DNA from: Promethearchaeati archaeon
Lineage (GTDB): Archaea; Asgardarchaeota; Heimdallarchaeia; JABLTI01
Direction of reading: 5' to 3'
NCBI GenBank assembly: GCA_013166835.1
Contig: JABLTI010000017.1
Location: forward strand, 1-37,187
Length of the DNA: 37,187 bases
Part shown: one piece after another, positions 1 through 8,167 of the stretch
How positions within the stretch are numbered: position 1 is the stretch's first letter
How the letters are laid out: the number at the start of each line of letters is the position of its first letter
Translations under genes and position numbers: made by a program
Notes under the pieces: generated by a model
What the model saw: only the letters and a program-made list of their open reading frames with translations
Database searches by the model: none
What the model was told of the DNA's origin: nothing

Positions 1-692
1 TTCTTTGGTGCAGCTGAAATTACTCTGAATGACGCATGCTTCAATTTATTTAATTTGTTTATATTTATAACAAAAGCAGTCATTTGCTCAGTTGTTCTAG
101 AGAAAGCTAAAGGTCCAGCATCAAGAACCCGTAATCCATCAATTTTACAAATAATTTCTTGTATTTCGTTTTTTGCTTCTTGACTATTTGATGTGAGGAA
201 AACATCAACATCTAATGGATGATTTAGTCTATTGAGTTTCGCTGCTGATATGGTTTTGAAAGCTCCAACTACAGCTACTCCTTCTGGAACTGTTGCTTGT
301 ATATACTCACTTACTGAGGGATAATCGAATTGATCCATACACATGTCCTCAGAACAATAAGCTAACCCAGCTTCAAAAGTTAAAGGAACAATAACATCAA
401 TAATTATCGCATCTGTTTTGATATCAGAACCTAGATCTTCTAATGTGCTACAAGTATATTCAGGTGGAACTACAAAGAACAAAATATCACATTGTTTTAC
501 TACTTCTTTATTTTCATCACCATAAAGACTACTCACTGAAAGTTTTGCATTCAATTCTTCAGCAATTTTCTTTGCTTTTTCTGATGATCTTGAACCAATC
601 ATTACTTTGTTTCCGGCTTGTGCTAATCTTAAAGCAATTCCTTTACTTTGCTTACCGGTTCCAGGAATCATACCAATTTTCTTCTTAGTCAT
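1..692 (-). CDS. npdG: F420-dependent NADP+ oxidoreductase (NpdG/Fno family), runs off the window start
   Basis: Not in the ORF track. Hand translation from ATG at 692 gives MTKKKIGMIPGTGKQSKGIALRLAQAGNKVMIGSRSSEKA...VVGAFKTISAAKL...VLDAGPLAFSRTTEQMT. The Rossmann start and the GSR, AFK and DAGPL motifs are typical of NpdG. Confidence 0.85.
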   Translation of the reverse strand, partial: MTKKKIGMIPGTGKQSKGIALRLAQAGNKVMIGSRSSEKAKKIAEELNAKLSVSSLYGDENKEVVKQCDILFFVVPPEYTCSTLEDLGSDIKTDAIIIDVIVPLTFEAGLAYCSEDMCMDQFDYPSVSEYIQATVPEGVAVVGAFKTISAAKLNRLNHPLDVDVFLTSNSQEAKNEIQEIICKIDGLRVLDAGPLAFSRTTEQMTAFVININKLNKLKHASFRVISAAPK

Positions 693-786
693 TTCACTTC
701 ACACACTCTGGTTCAAATAACGATTATTAATATAGTTAATCACAAGTTAGTTGTTATAAAAATTCCCCAGAATGTTAATCTCAAGA

Positions 787-794
787 TTTATAAA
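787..794 (+). promoter_or_regulatory. Putative TATA box for aRF1
   Basis: TTTATAAA about 65 nt upstream of the aRF1 ATG, lying within an ATGTTAAT/ATTAACAT inverted repeat (772-801). Confidence 0.5.
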
Positions 795-859
795 TTAACA
801 TAGAAATCGAATGTACTGCTGTTTGTTAGAAAGACAAACAAAAGCAGCTTTGCTGGAGT

Positions 860-2122
860 ATGAAATACATGTCACAGACTGCATCTTCGTTCGAGAATTA
901 TAAAATTAAACAAAGTATTGAACGACTTGAAAGAAAGAGATCATTTAACGGTGCAACCTGTTTAGTTTCTCTTTACATGCCTAATGGCATATCAATTCCT
1001 GATGTTACTCAACAACTAGTTGATGAAAGAGGTACAGCTGCGAACATTAAAAGTAAACAAACAGGAAAAGCAGTCATAGCTGCCCTTTCAAGCATTCTCA
1101 CCCGGTTAAAACAAGTAAGGCAATTACCGGATAACGGTTTAGTTATTTTCTGCGGTATGACTCAATCAGGTAAAGTAGAATATTTTCCTGTGACACCAGT
1201 CCAACCTCTCAGCAGAAAAATGTATGTTTGTGATTCCAGATTTCACACAGAGCATTTACGAGACCAGCTTGAAGTAAAAGAACAGTTTGGATTAATGGTT
1301 GTTGATCGAGAATCAGCTGCTTATGCTTTACTTCGTGGAAACCATATGACTTTCCTCCGGAATCTTCATTCATTTGTTCCTGGAAAACATGGTAAGGGTG
1401 GTCAATCACAGAGACGTATTCAAAGAGGGACTGAAATCTTAGCTAAAGATCATTTGAGAAGAGCTGGAGAAGCAGCAAGCGAACTCTTTCTGGAAGTTCC
1501 AGATCTCAAAGGAATAGTTGTTGGTGGCCCGTCTCTTGCTAAAGATAATTTTGTTAGAGGTGATTTCATTGATTTTCGTCTTAGAGACAAAATAATGGGT
1601 ACTGTTGATACTGGATACACTGGAGAACAAGGCATACGAGAATTAATGGAAAAATCAACTGAAATTTTGAAGGATGTTCGATATTTAGAAGAAAAGAAAC
1701 TAGTTCAAATATTTTTGAGTGAGCTTGGAAAAGACACTGGTTTAGTTGCTTATGGTCAAAAAGAAGTGCTAAAGGCAATGGAATTAGGTGCTGTAAAAAC
1801 CTTGCTCATAAGCGAAGAACTAGATGTGATTCAAACTAAAATAGCCTGTCCTCAATGTAAATATGAAAAGCAAGAAGCTGTAAAAGCTCGTGAATTTGTT
1901 GAATTCGAGGATGAAATCATTAAAAGTAACTGTCCTGAATGTGGAAGTTCTAAATTATCAATCGAAGATACTCAGGATTTCGTTGAAGAACTTGGAAAAC
2001 AATCTACCGAAACAGGGGCATTGATAGAAATCATCAGTATAGATACAGAAGAAGGTGTGATTTTATTCAAATCATTTGGTGGTCTTGTAGCAATACTACG
2101 TTATCCTATACGTGAAATGTAG
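860..2122 (+). CDS. prf1: Peptide chain release factor aRF1 (eRF1 family)
   Basis: NIKS, YxCxxxF (YVCDSRF) and GGQ (HGKGGQSQRR) motifs, a CPQC..CPEC zinc mini-domain and C-terminal FGGLVAILRY. Confidence 0.97.
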   Translation: MKYMSQTASSFENYKIKQSIERLERKRSFNGATCLVSLYMPNGISIPDVTQQLVDERGTAANIKSKQTGKAVIAALSSILTRLKQVRQLPDNGLVIFCGMTQSGKVEYFPVTPVQPLSRKMYVCDSRFHTEHLRDQLEVKEQFGLMVVDRESAAYALLRGNHMTFLRNLHSFVPGKHGKGGQSQRRIQRGTEILAKDHLRRAGEAASELFLEVPDLKGIVVGGPSLAKDNFVRGDFIDFRLRDKIMGTVDTGYTGEQGIRELMEKSTEILKDVRYLEEKKLVQIFLSELGKDTGLVAYGQKEVLKAMELGAVKTLLISEELDVIQTKIACPQCKYEKQEAVKAREFVEFEDEIIKSNCPECGSSKLSIEDTQDFVEELGKQSTETGALIEIISIDTEEGVILFKSFGGLVAILRYPIREM

Positions 2123-2144
2123 AAAAAAAGTAGAAAAAGATAAT

Positions 2145-2546
2145 TTAGTATCTCCTTCTTTGTTTCTTTTTAAAAGGGGGTCTATAATCCTCTGGTGGTT
2201 TTGGAAAATTATTTGGGATTTTCTCACTTGGTGGAATATCAGAGTCCTCCTCTAATTTAGTCAATTCTCCGTATTTTCCTATATTCAAGCGTAGCTCATT
2301 ACGAACTACTTTGATAAATCCATTACTTACTTCTCCGATATCTCCATTGTCGAGTAATTCTATATTTTGATCCCATAATGAAAGATAAATTCTCCCGGTA
2401 CTATCTCCCACTTCTACTTCTGATAAATTAAGTTCTTTTCCTTCCCTAGACTGTATTTCACGAATCTCTCCTTTTGTTATTACACGAAATCGAACATCAA
2501 CATTTCTCATATCAGCTTTTAAATCAACAATTTTCATTTTCATCAC
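2145..2546 (-). CDS. Single OB-fold ssDNA-binding protein (crenarchaeal SSB/RPA-like) with basic C-terminal tail
   Basis: VGDSTGRIYLSLWD and LNIGKYG OB-fold motifs; tail PFKKKQRRRY. Confidence 0.85.
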   Translation of the reverse strand: MMKMKIVDLKADMRNVDVRFRVITKGEIREIQSREGKELNLSEVEVGDSTGRIYLSLWDQNIELLDNGDIGEVSNGFIKVVRNELRLNIGKYGELTKLEEDSDIPPSEKIPNNFPKPPEDYRPPFKKKQRRRY

Positions 2547-2764
2547 TTTTAAAATAATATGTCACAGATTTCCAGTCATTCATTAATATAACTAGTGGTT
2601 CCACGTTTAATTATTGCTCAAGTAATGAAACTCTTGTTATTGAGGCAAAAAAAATCTTCTACATATAGGGGGGTATCTTTGACATTTCGTAAATCAAAAA
2701 GAAATGAATAACTATATTAAGAATTTTTCATAACAGTTTTTCGCTGTTTTATAGAGGATTAACA

Positions 2765-3799
2765 ATGAACCAATCTGACTCAAAATCTACTTTGGATGAT
2801 TGTGAGTGGGCTAAAGAAATAAAACGCTGGAAAGTAGTGCCCCGTCCTTATCCCTTTAAAGAGTCAGTAGTTTTCTTAAAAAACTGGGTATTAGGACCAT
2901 CTAAAAAATATAAAGGATCGGCAGAATTCATTCCTAAATCTAGTACAATTAATGATATTACACCATCCATTAAACTCGGATTCATTGGCGATATAATGAG
3001 AATGGCTAACCATCAACTTGTTATTGATAGTTCGATAAAAGATTTTTTCAAAGATATTGATTATCTAATCGGCAATTTTGAAGGAATTATTACTACAAAA
3101 TATAAGAGAGGAGCAGTTGGATCACAAATATTTGCTGAAAGTGATCTTGAAGCAATTAAACAACTCTTCCCACCAGAAAAAATTCTCTTAAGTTATTCTA
3201 ATAATCATGCAGGGGATTTTGGTTGGGAAGAATTTCAAAAAAGCTATAAAATAGTGAAAGATCATGGTTTTATGGTCATTGGTAGAAGAGATGAACCTTC
3301 CATCCTTCTTGACAAGAAAGTAAATGTGGCAGGTGCTTCATTTCTTAGTGATCAAAGATGCTCGTTCATTTCTAATAAAGAAGAAATTTCTAGTTATTAT
3401 AACAAAGATGCGAAATTCAACATATTATATCCACACTGGGGTTTTGAATTACAATTCTATCCTTGGCCAACTCAAGTTGAATTAGCTAAGAAATTACTAG
3501 AAACTTGGGACTTGATTTTAGGTCATCATACCCATACTCCACAGCCAATATCATTATATCCTACAACAAAAGGAAACAAAGCTGTCGCATATTCTCTAGG
3601 TAATTTCTGTTATGGACTTAAATGGAAGAAGTATCATCATAATGGATTAATTGTAAAAACAGAAATAGGTCCAAATAAGAAACAAGTTTGGCAAACTGGA
3701 CAATTAGCTTGGGAGTTTATCCAAGTATTTTTCGAAAAACGAAAACAAGCTAGAGTATCAATTATAGACCATTATATGCATTTTAAGCATTTAAAATAA
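2765..3799 (+). CDS. CapA/PgsA-family metallophosphoesterase
   Basis: GD, NFEG, NNH, HWG, GHH and YSLGNF motifs in CapA order. Confidence 0.85.
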   Translation: MNQSDSKSTLDDCEWAKEIKRWKVVPRPYPFKESVVFLKNWVLGPSKKYKGSAEFIPKSSTINDITPSIKLGFIGDIMRMANHQLVIDSSIKDFFKDIDYLIGNFEGIITTKYKRGAVGSQIFAESDLEAIKQLFPPEKILLSYSNNHAGDFGWEEFQKSYKIVKDHGFMVIGRRDEPSILLDKKVNVAGASFLSDQRCSFISNKEEISSYYNKDAKFNILYPHWGFELQFYPWPTQVELAKKLLETWDLILGHHTHTPQPISLYPTTKGNKAVAYSLGNFCYGLKWKKYHHNGLIVKTEIGPNKKQVWQTGQLAWEFIQVFFEKRKQARVSIIDHYMHFKHLK

Positions 3800-3820
3800 A
3801 AATAGAATTTTAATGTTTTT

Positions 3821-4642
3821 TTATTTTCCATCTGTTTTTGCAGAACCTTTAGCAATAACATCGTGTTTGTGAATGCTCTCGAGACTCTTTGCACTGGCAG
3901 TTAACTCCAGTTTCAAATTGCTAAATTCTTGTAGAGCTTTTGCTAAGATGCTACGACAAACATCTTCAACAAACATGGGATTGTCATGCATACAATCAAT
4001 TACGCATTGCTCATCTTCTGTTTTAAGTATGGAATATGTTTCTGCAGGAAATGATTTTCTTAGTACCTTTACCATTGATTCAAACGAAGGTAATTGATTT
4101 ACTTCCCCTAAGACGCTTAATTTGCCAAGGGCTCGTTGAACATGTGTTCTATTCTCGGGATTGTTTTCCAATGCATGTGGGCAAACTGTGTTGCCGATAT
4201 ATTCAACTGATATACTTATTTTATCTTCCTCACCTTCTTCTAACCAAGTTCCCACAGTAACATTGGTTACCTCAAAGGTTTTTTTCTTACTTTTAGGTGT
4301 TTCAGTTTCATAAAAGAAATCAAAATTGAGTGAGAGATGTGCTTTTGTGTATGGGTGTTTTTCTTTCAATTTCCTTAAAACTTGTAAAGACAATTCCTCA
4401 ACAGAATGGTGAGCATTCCTTTCGTCGTTTATGATTTCTACAACGGATTCACTTATACGTGACATATGTGCTCCTTTCATGTTTGCCGGAAGATTTATTG
4501 TAGCTTCAATTATAGGTGCTAGATGAAATGTTCTGCCATTTCTTGTTATTATTAATAAAGTCTTGAAATTAGTTATACCAACATAATCAAGTGAAATTTC
4601 ATCTTTTGGTCGTTCGTTTTGTGTTTCTTTTTGCTTCTTCAA
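3821..4642 (-). CDS. mptA: GTP cyclohydrolase MptA/FolE2 family
   Basis: KGAHMSRI, TVCP, THVQRA, NPMFVEDVCR and ESIHKHD motifs; TTG start. Confidence 0.9.
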   Translation of the reverse strand: MKKQKETQNERPKDEISLDYVGITNFKTLLIITRNGRTFHLAPIIEATINLPANMKGAHMSRISESVVEIINDERNAHHSVEELSLQVLRKLKEKHPYTKAHLSLNFDFFYETETPKSKKKTFEVTNVTVGTWLEEGEEDKISISVEYIGNTVCPHALENNPENRTHVQRALGKLSVLGEVNQLPSFESMVKVLRKSFPAETYSILKTEDEQCVIDCMHDNPMFVEDVCRSILAKALQEFSNLKLELTASAKSLESIHKHDVIAKGSAKTDGK

Positions 4643-4813
4643 ACTAATTCACTCATGTAACTATAATTATGATTACTATATTCGATGTCTAGATTTAAGA
4701 ATTAAAACTCTTTCTTTTGATTTTCAGATTAACCATTAGAAATTCTCACGGATTTGGTTAATTTATGTAAAATAGGAAAAGCTTTTCATTTAGATAATTG
4801 CTGATAATAGTAT

Positions 4814-5590
4814 TTGCCAGTTAATTTGGAGATGACTATGACTATAACAACAGTTCTCTTTGATATGGACTCAACGTTAAATTCAATCGATGAAATTGAA
4901 TTCAGTCATAAATACTTCAAGATGCTGCACGAACGTTTTTTTTCCGAATTTGAGTTACAATTTTTTTACGAATCATTGACAAACATTACAAAAAATGTTA
5001 TGCTTAGTAAATCACCACGGGAATTAGCAATTAAAACCTTCATGAAGGAAATGTCAAAATGCTATAAGAAGCCACAAAAGAAACTATATCAAGATTTCAA
5101 AGATTTTTATGCTAATGATTATAATCAATTGGAGGAATTTGTTAGACCTGCTGAAGGTTCACAAGAAGCAGTTCAGACATGTTTTGATAAAGGTTTCAAT
5201 GTTGTTATAGCAACTACTCCTGTTTTTACTGAAGCAGCAATTATGAAACGGTTGACGTGGAGTGGAATGGGAGCGTTTACGTTTAAATTAGTTACTCATG
5301 CTGAGAACATGCATTTTTCAAAACCGTTAGGAGAATACTATACCGAAATCTTGAAGAAAATCAAGAAAAAATCCTTTGAGTGTATAATGGTTGGTAATGA
5401 ATTCATGGGTGATGTCGTAAGTCCAACAAGAATAGGCATCAAGACATTTTATGTTCCAATAAGACCTGATAATGAGGATCTATTCATCTCACCTGAATTA
5501 AAACGCTTTAGTAAGATTAAACCAACGTATAGAGGGAAATTGCTTGATTTTACAAAGATTATAAAGAATGATTTTCAGAAGCTAGACTAG
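4814..5590 (+). CDS. HAD-superfamily hydrolase
   Basis: LFDMDST motif I, ATTP motif II, SKP and MVGN motifs III/IV. The true start is probably a downstream ATG. Confidence 0.85.
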   Translation: MPVNLEMTMTITTVLFDMDSTLNSIDEIEFSHKYFKMLHERFFSEFELQFFYESLTNITKNVMLSKSPRELAIKTFMKEMSKCYKKPQKKLYQDFKDFYANDYNQLEEFVRPAEGSQEAVQTCFDKGFNVVIATTPVFTEAAIMKRLTWSGMGAFTFKLVTHAENMHFSKPLGEYYTEILKKIKKKSFECIMVGNEFMGDVVSPTRIGIKTFYVPIRPDNEDLFISPELKRFSKIKPTYRGKLLDFTKIIKNDFQKLD

Positions 5591-6106
5591 ATCAATTAGA
5601 CTATTTTCTTCTATTTCCTTTTCTGATATAATCCGTAAACCATTTTCTAAGAGTAAAGCAGTAGTTACCCCTTTACCTGAGGTTTTAAACTTTTGATTTT
5701 GTTTTACATTATAAATGAAATGAACTCCACATGAAGGACTATTTTCTTTGAAAATTGCTATTTTCACTTTATTCAGCTTTGCTACATCTAAAACTTCTGA
5801 TGCTCCTTTTTTGAAATTTACAGTTACATCATTACCATTTATCGTTACCACATTTGCTTTTCCTAGTAAAACATCTTCACCTGATCCTTGAATAATGTCT
5901 TGTGGGTCTCTCGGAGTTGATAAACCACCTAATTGTTCAGAACAAACTGGAATCAAAATGTATTTCTCCATTAATTCCAAAATTCGTATATTTATATTAC
6001 TTGAACCATCAAAGACACAATTAATTCCTAACAAGCAAGCACTAACAATTATTGGCCCAATATTTACTTGTTCATCTTTTTCTTTGTCTTTTTTATTGTG
6101 ATTCAT
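5582..6106 (-). CDS. DUF523 / 2-thiouracil desulfurase family Fe-S protein
   Basis: VSACLLG, PVCSEQLGGLSTPR, KENSPSCG and GVTTALL motifs. Confidence 0.88.
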   Translation of the reverse strand: MNHNKKDKEKDEQVNIGPIIVSACLLGINCVFDGSSNINIRILELMEKYILIPVCSEQLGGLSTPRDPQDIIQGSGEDVLLGKANVVTINGNDVTVNFKKGASEVLDVAKLNKVKIAIFKENSPSCGVHFIYNVKQNQKFKTSGKGVTTALLLENGLRIISEKEIEENSLIDLV

Positions 6107-6237
6107 AAAATATACCTCGTTACAAAATTCATCTTTTGTTTAAATTTTACTCTGACTTATCTTAGAGTGATTTAAATCTTAGTAATTTATTAGTAATTTG
6201 TTAGTATAGGTATACCTTCTCTGGAGAAAGTATTCAG

Positions 6238-6912
6238 GTGAGATCTCGTAACATCAATTATGACATAGTAGCACATCTTTACAGTTTTATTACAGGATTC
6301 TTGTACATATTAGGTGGTGGTCTCACAGAAAAAGCCTTTAGGAGAATTTTTTTCACCGAATTCATAAAAGCGAAGGGAAACGAAGAAGTATTAGATATCT
6401 GTTGTGCAAATGGTAAAGGAACTCAATTTTTGGCTTCCTATTTCAAGCAAGGAAGGATTACGGGAGTTGATCTAAATCCTGCAATGATTAGTTTTGCTAT
6501 TAAGAACACAAAGAAAACATCAAATGTAAATTTTCGTGTTGGTGATTGCACAAAAATGGATTTTCCTGACAAATATTTTGATTTTGTGAACTCTTTCCTA
6601 GCACTTCACGAAATACCAACCCAATTAGTAAAAGTCGTGCTCAAAGAAATAAAACGTGTTTTAAAAGACACAGGTCGTTTACTTGTTTTTGATTTTAAAG
6701 TACCAGAAAAATCAACTTTTGACTTGAATTTTATGTATTATGTTTTAAGATTAATAGAAGATGAATCTGCTGCAAGGTTTATGATGATTGACCAAATAAA
6801 GTATATAGAAAACCAAGGATTCAAACTTGTACACAGTAAAGAATACCATAATGGTTTTACTCGAGCATATCTCTTCAAAGTAGATAAAAGCGTTTCATCT
6901 AGCTTAGTTTAA
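6238..6912 (+). CDS. Class I SAM-dependent methyltransferase (UbiE-like)
   Basis: VLDICCANG, GVDLNPAM, FPDKYFD, ALHE and RVLKDTG. Confidence 0.85.
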   Translation: MRSRNINYDIVAHLYSFITGFLYILGGGLTEKAFRRIFFTEFIKAKGNEEVLDICCANGKGTQFLASYFKQGRITGVDLNPAMISFAIKNTKKTSNVNFRVGDCTKMDFPDKYFDFVNSFLALHEIPTQLVKVVLKEIKRVLKDTGRLLVFDFKVPEKSTFDLNFMYYVLRLIEDESAARFMMIDQIKYIENQGFKLVHSKEYHNGFTRAYLFKVDKSVSSSLV

Positions 6913-6985
6913 AATAAAGAAGTATTTTGTTGGGATAATAACTAACCTATTTTCAAGGGAATAAATAAGCAATTTTAACGAGGTA

Positions 6986-7867
6986 TTACACTAAACCTCG
7001 TTCAACAAGCATACTAAATTCTTCTAAGGAAAGCTTCTTGCCTTCTTTATACTTCTCTAATGCTTTCTCTGCTCGAGCTTCAATTGTTTCTTTAACTTCT
7101 CTGAAATGGTCTACTCTTGCTTTTTGTCTAATATTCTGTAATGATTTTTGATGCTTCTCTTTTGCCTTGATGCGTTCAATGAATTGTTTGTGAGTTTCAT
7201 CAGCAACTTTTTTTGTTTCAATGAAATCTTTATGACACTGGTCAGCTTCTTTTCGAATTTCATCTATTTCAGCGAATAATTTGGTCATCTCATGATGATG
7301 TCTTTGAGAAGATTTTGCAGTTCTAATGACTGCTTTATGATAATGATTCATTTCAGCTTTTAGTCCTTCAAAAGTACTGAATCGAGCATTTCTTTCCTGA
7401 CGAAGAGCTCTTATGGCTTCTGCTTCTTCAAGTTGTTCTTGTAGGGCAGCAATTTCTGTAACAAGTCGTTTTTCTTCATCTGCAGGTAGAATCTCAGTTT
7501 GAATTTTCCATTCTAGTTGCTTGAGATTTCTGCGTAGAACTTTCTCTGGGATAGGTGGTTTGGGTAATGGTTCTAATTCTTCGGTTTCTTTGATTTGATC
7601 GACTTCTTTCTTTGCTTCAGCAAGATTCTTACGAACTTCTTCACGTTTCACTTTGTATTCTTGGACTTTATTGTTTTCATCGTCTCTTTGAATTTGATGA
7701 TCTTTGACTTTAGCTATAAGTTCAGCCATTTTCTTATTTAATTCGTCTCTTCTATCAGCTTTTTCTCGAGCTTCTGTGTTGAGTTTATCTCTAGAGACTC
7801 TAAGCTCACTTGCTTCTTTCTCGAGTTCTGATAATTTTACGACGATTTGATCGACTTCTGATATCAC
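6986..7867 (-). CDS. Conserved archaeal coiled-coil protein (COG1340-like)
   Basis: Long heptad helices, LEWKIQTEILPADEEKRLV core and C-terminal KYKEGKKLSLEE, as in this archaeal family. Confidence 0.7.
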   Translation of the reverse strand: MISEVDQIVVKLSELEKEASELRVSRDKLNTEAREKADRRDELNKKMAELIAKVKDHQIQRDDENNKVQEYKVKREEVRKNLAEAKKEVDQIKETEELEPLPKPPIPEKVLRRNLKQLEWKIQTEILPADEEKRLVTEIAALQEQLEEAEAIRALRQERNARFSTFEGLKAEMNHYHKAVIRTAKSSQRHHHEMTKLFAEIDEIRKEADQCHKDFIETKKVADETHKQFIERIKAKEKHQKSLQNIRQKARVDHFREVKETIEARAEKALEKYKEGKKLSLEEFSMLVERGLV

Positions 7868-7907
7868 GGGGATCTCCTTTTATAATTCGTTTGGGATTTA
7901 ATATTAA

Positions 7908-7930
7908 AGTTAAAACTAAAAGTTTTAACT
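7908..7930. promoter_or_regulatory. Perfect 10-bp inverted repeat (operator or leader hairpin)
   Basis: AGTTAAAACT-AAA-AGTTTTAACT between the divergent coiled-coil gene and secY. Confidence 0.45.
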
Positions 7931-8167
7931 CGCAATCTTATTCTTTACTCAAATTCCACTGAGTAATAAACGAAAATGAAATGTAAACTTTTATAAATTC
8001 TTCGTCTAGACCTCTTTAAAGAAATATGAAATAATTAGGTCAATTTAAAGCAAAAAGTTTTGAATAATAAAAGCTCAAACTCTCCGAAATGCTAAAAAAC
8101 CTAAAGGTTTCGAAATACTATATTATAATGAACATTAAGATAAGGCATCGATATACTAGCATAAGAC

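Noticed and set aside
443-688. 81-aa + strand ORF
   Set aside because: Antisense shadow of npdG, which has clear family motifs on the minus strand.
2560-2680. TTCCA motifs and a G6 run resembling archaeal ORB elements, plus an ATGA..GA hairpin resembling a SECIS
   Set aside because: No full ORB consensus, repeats or adjacent cdc6; the hairpin is too short for a SECIS and no in-frame UGA selenoprotein was seen.
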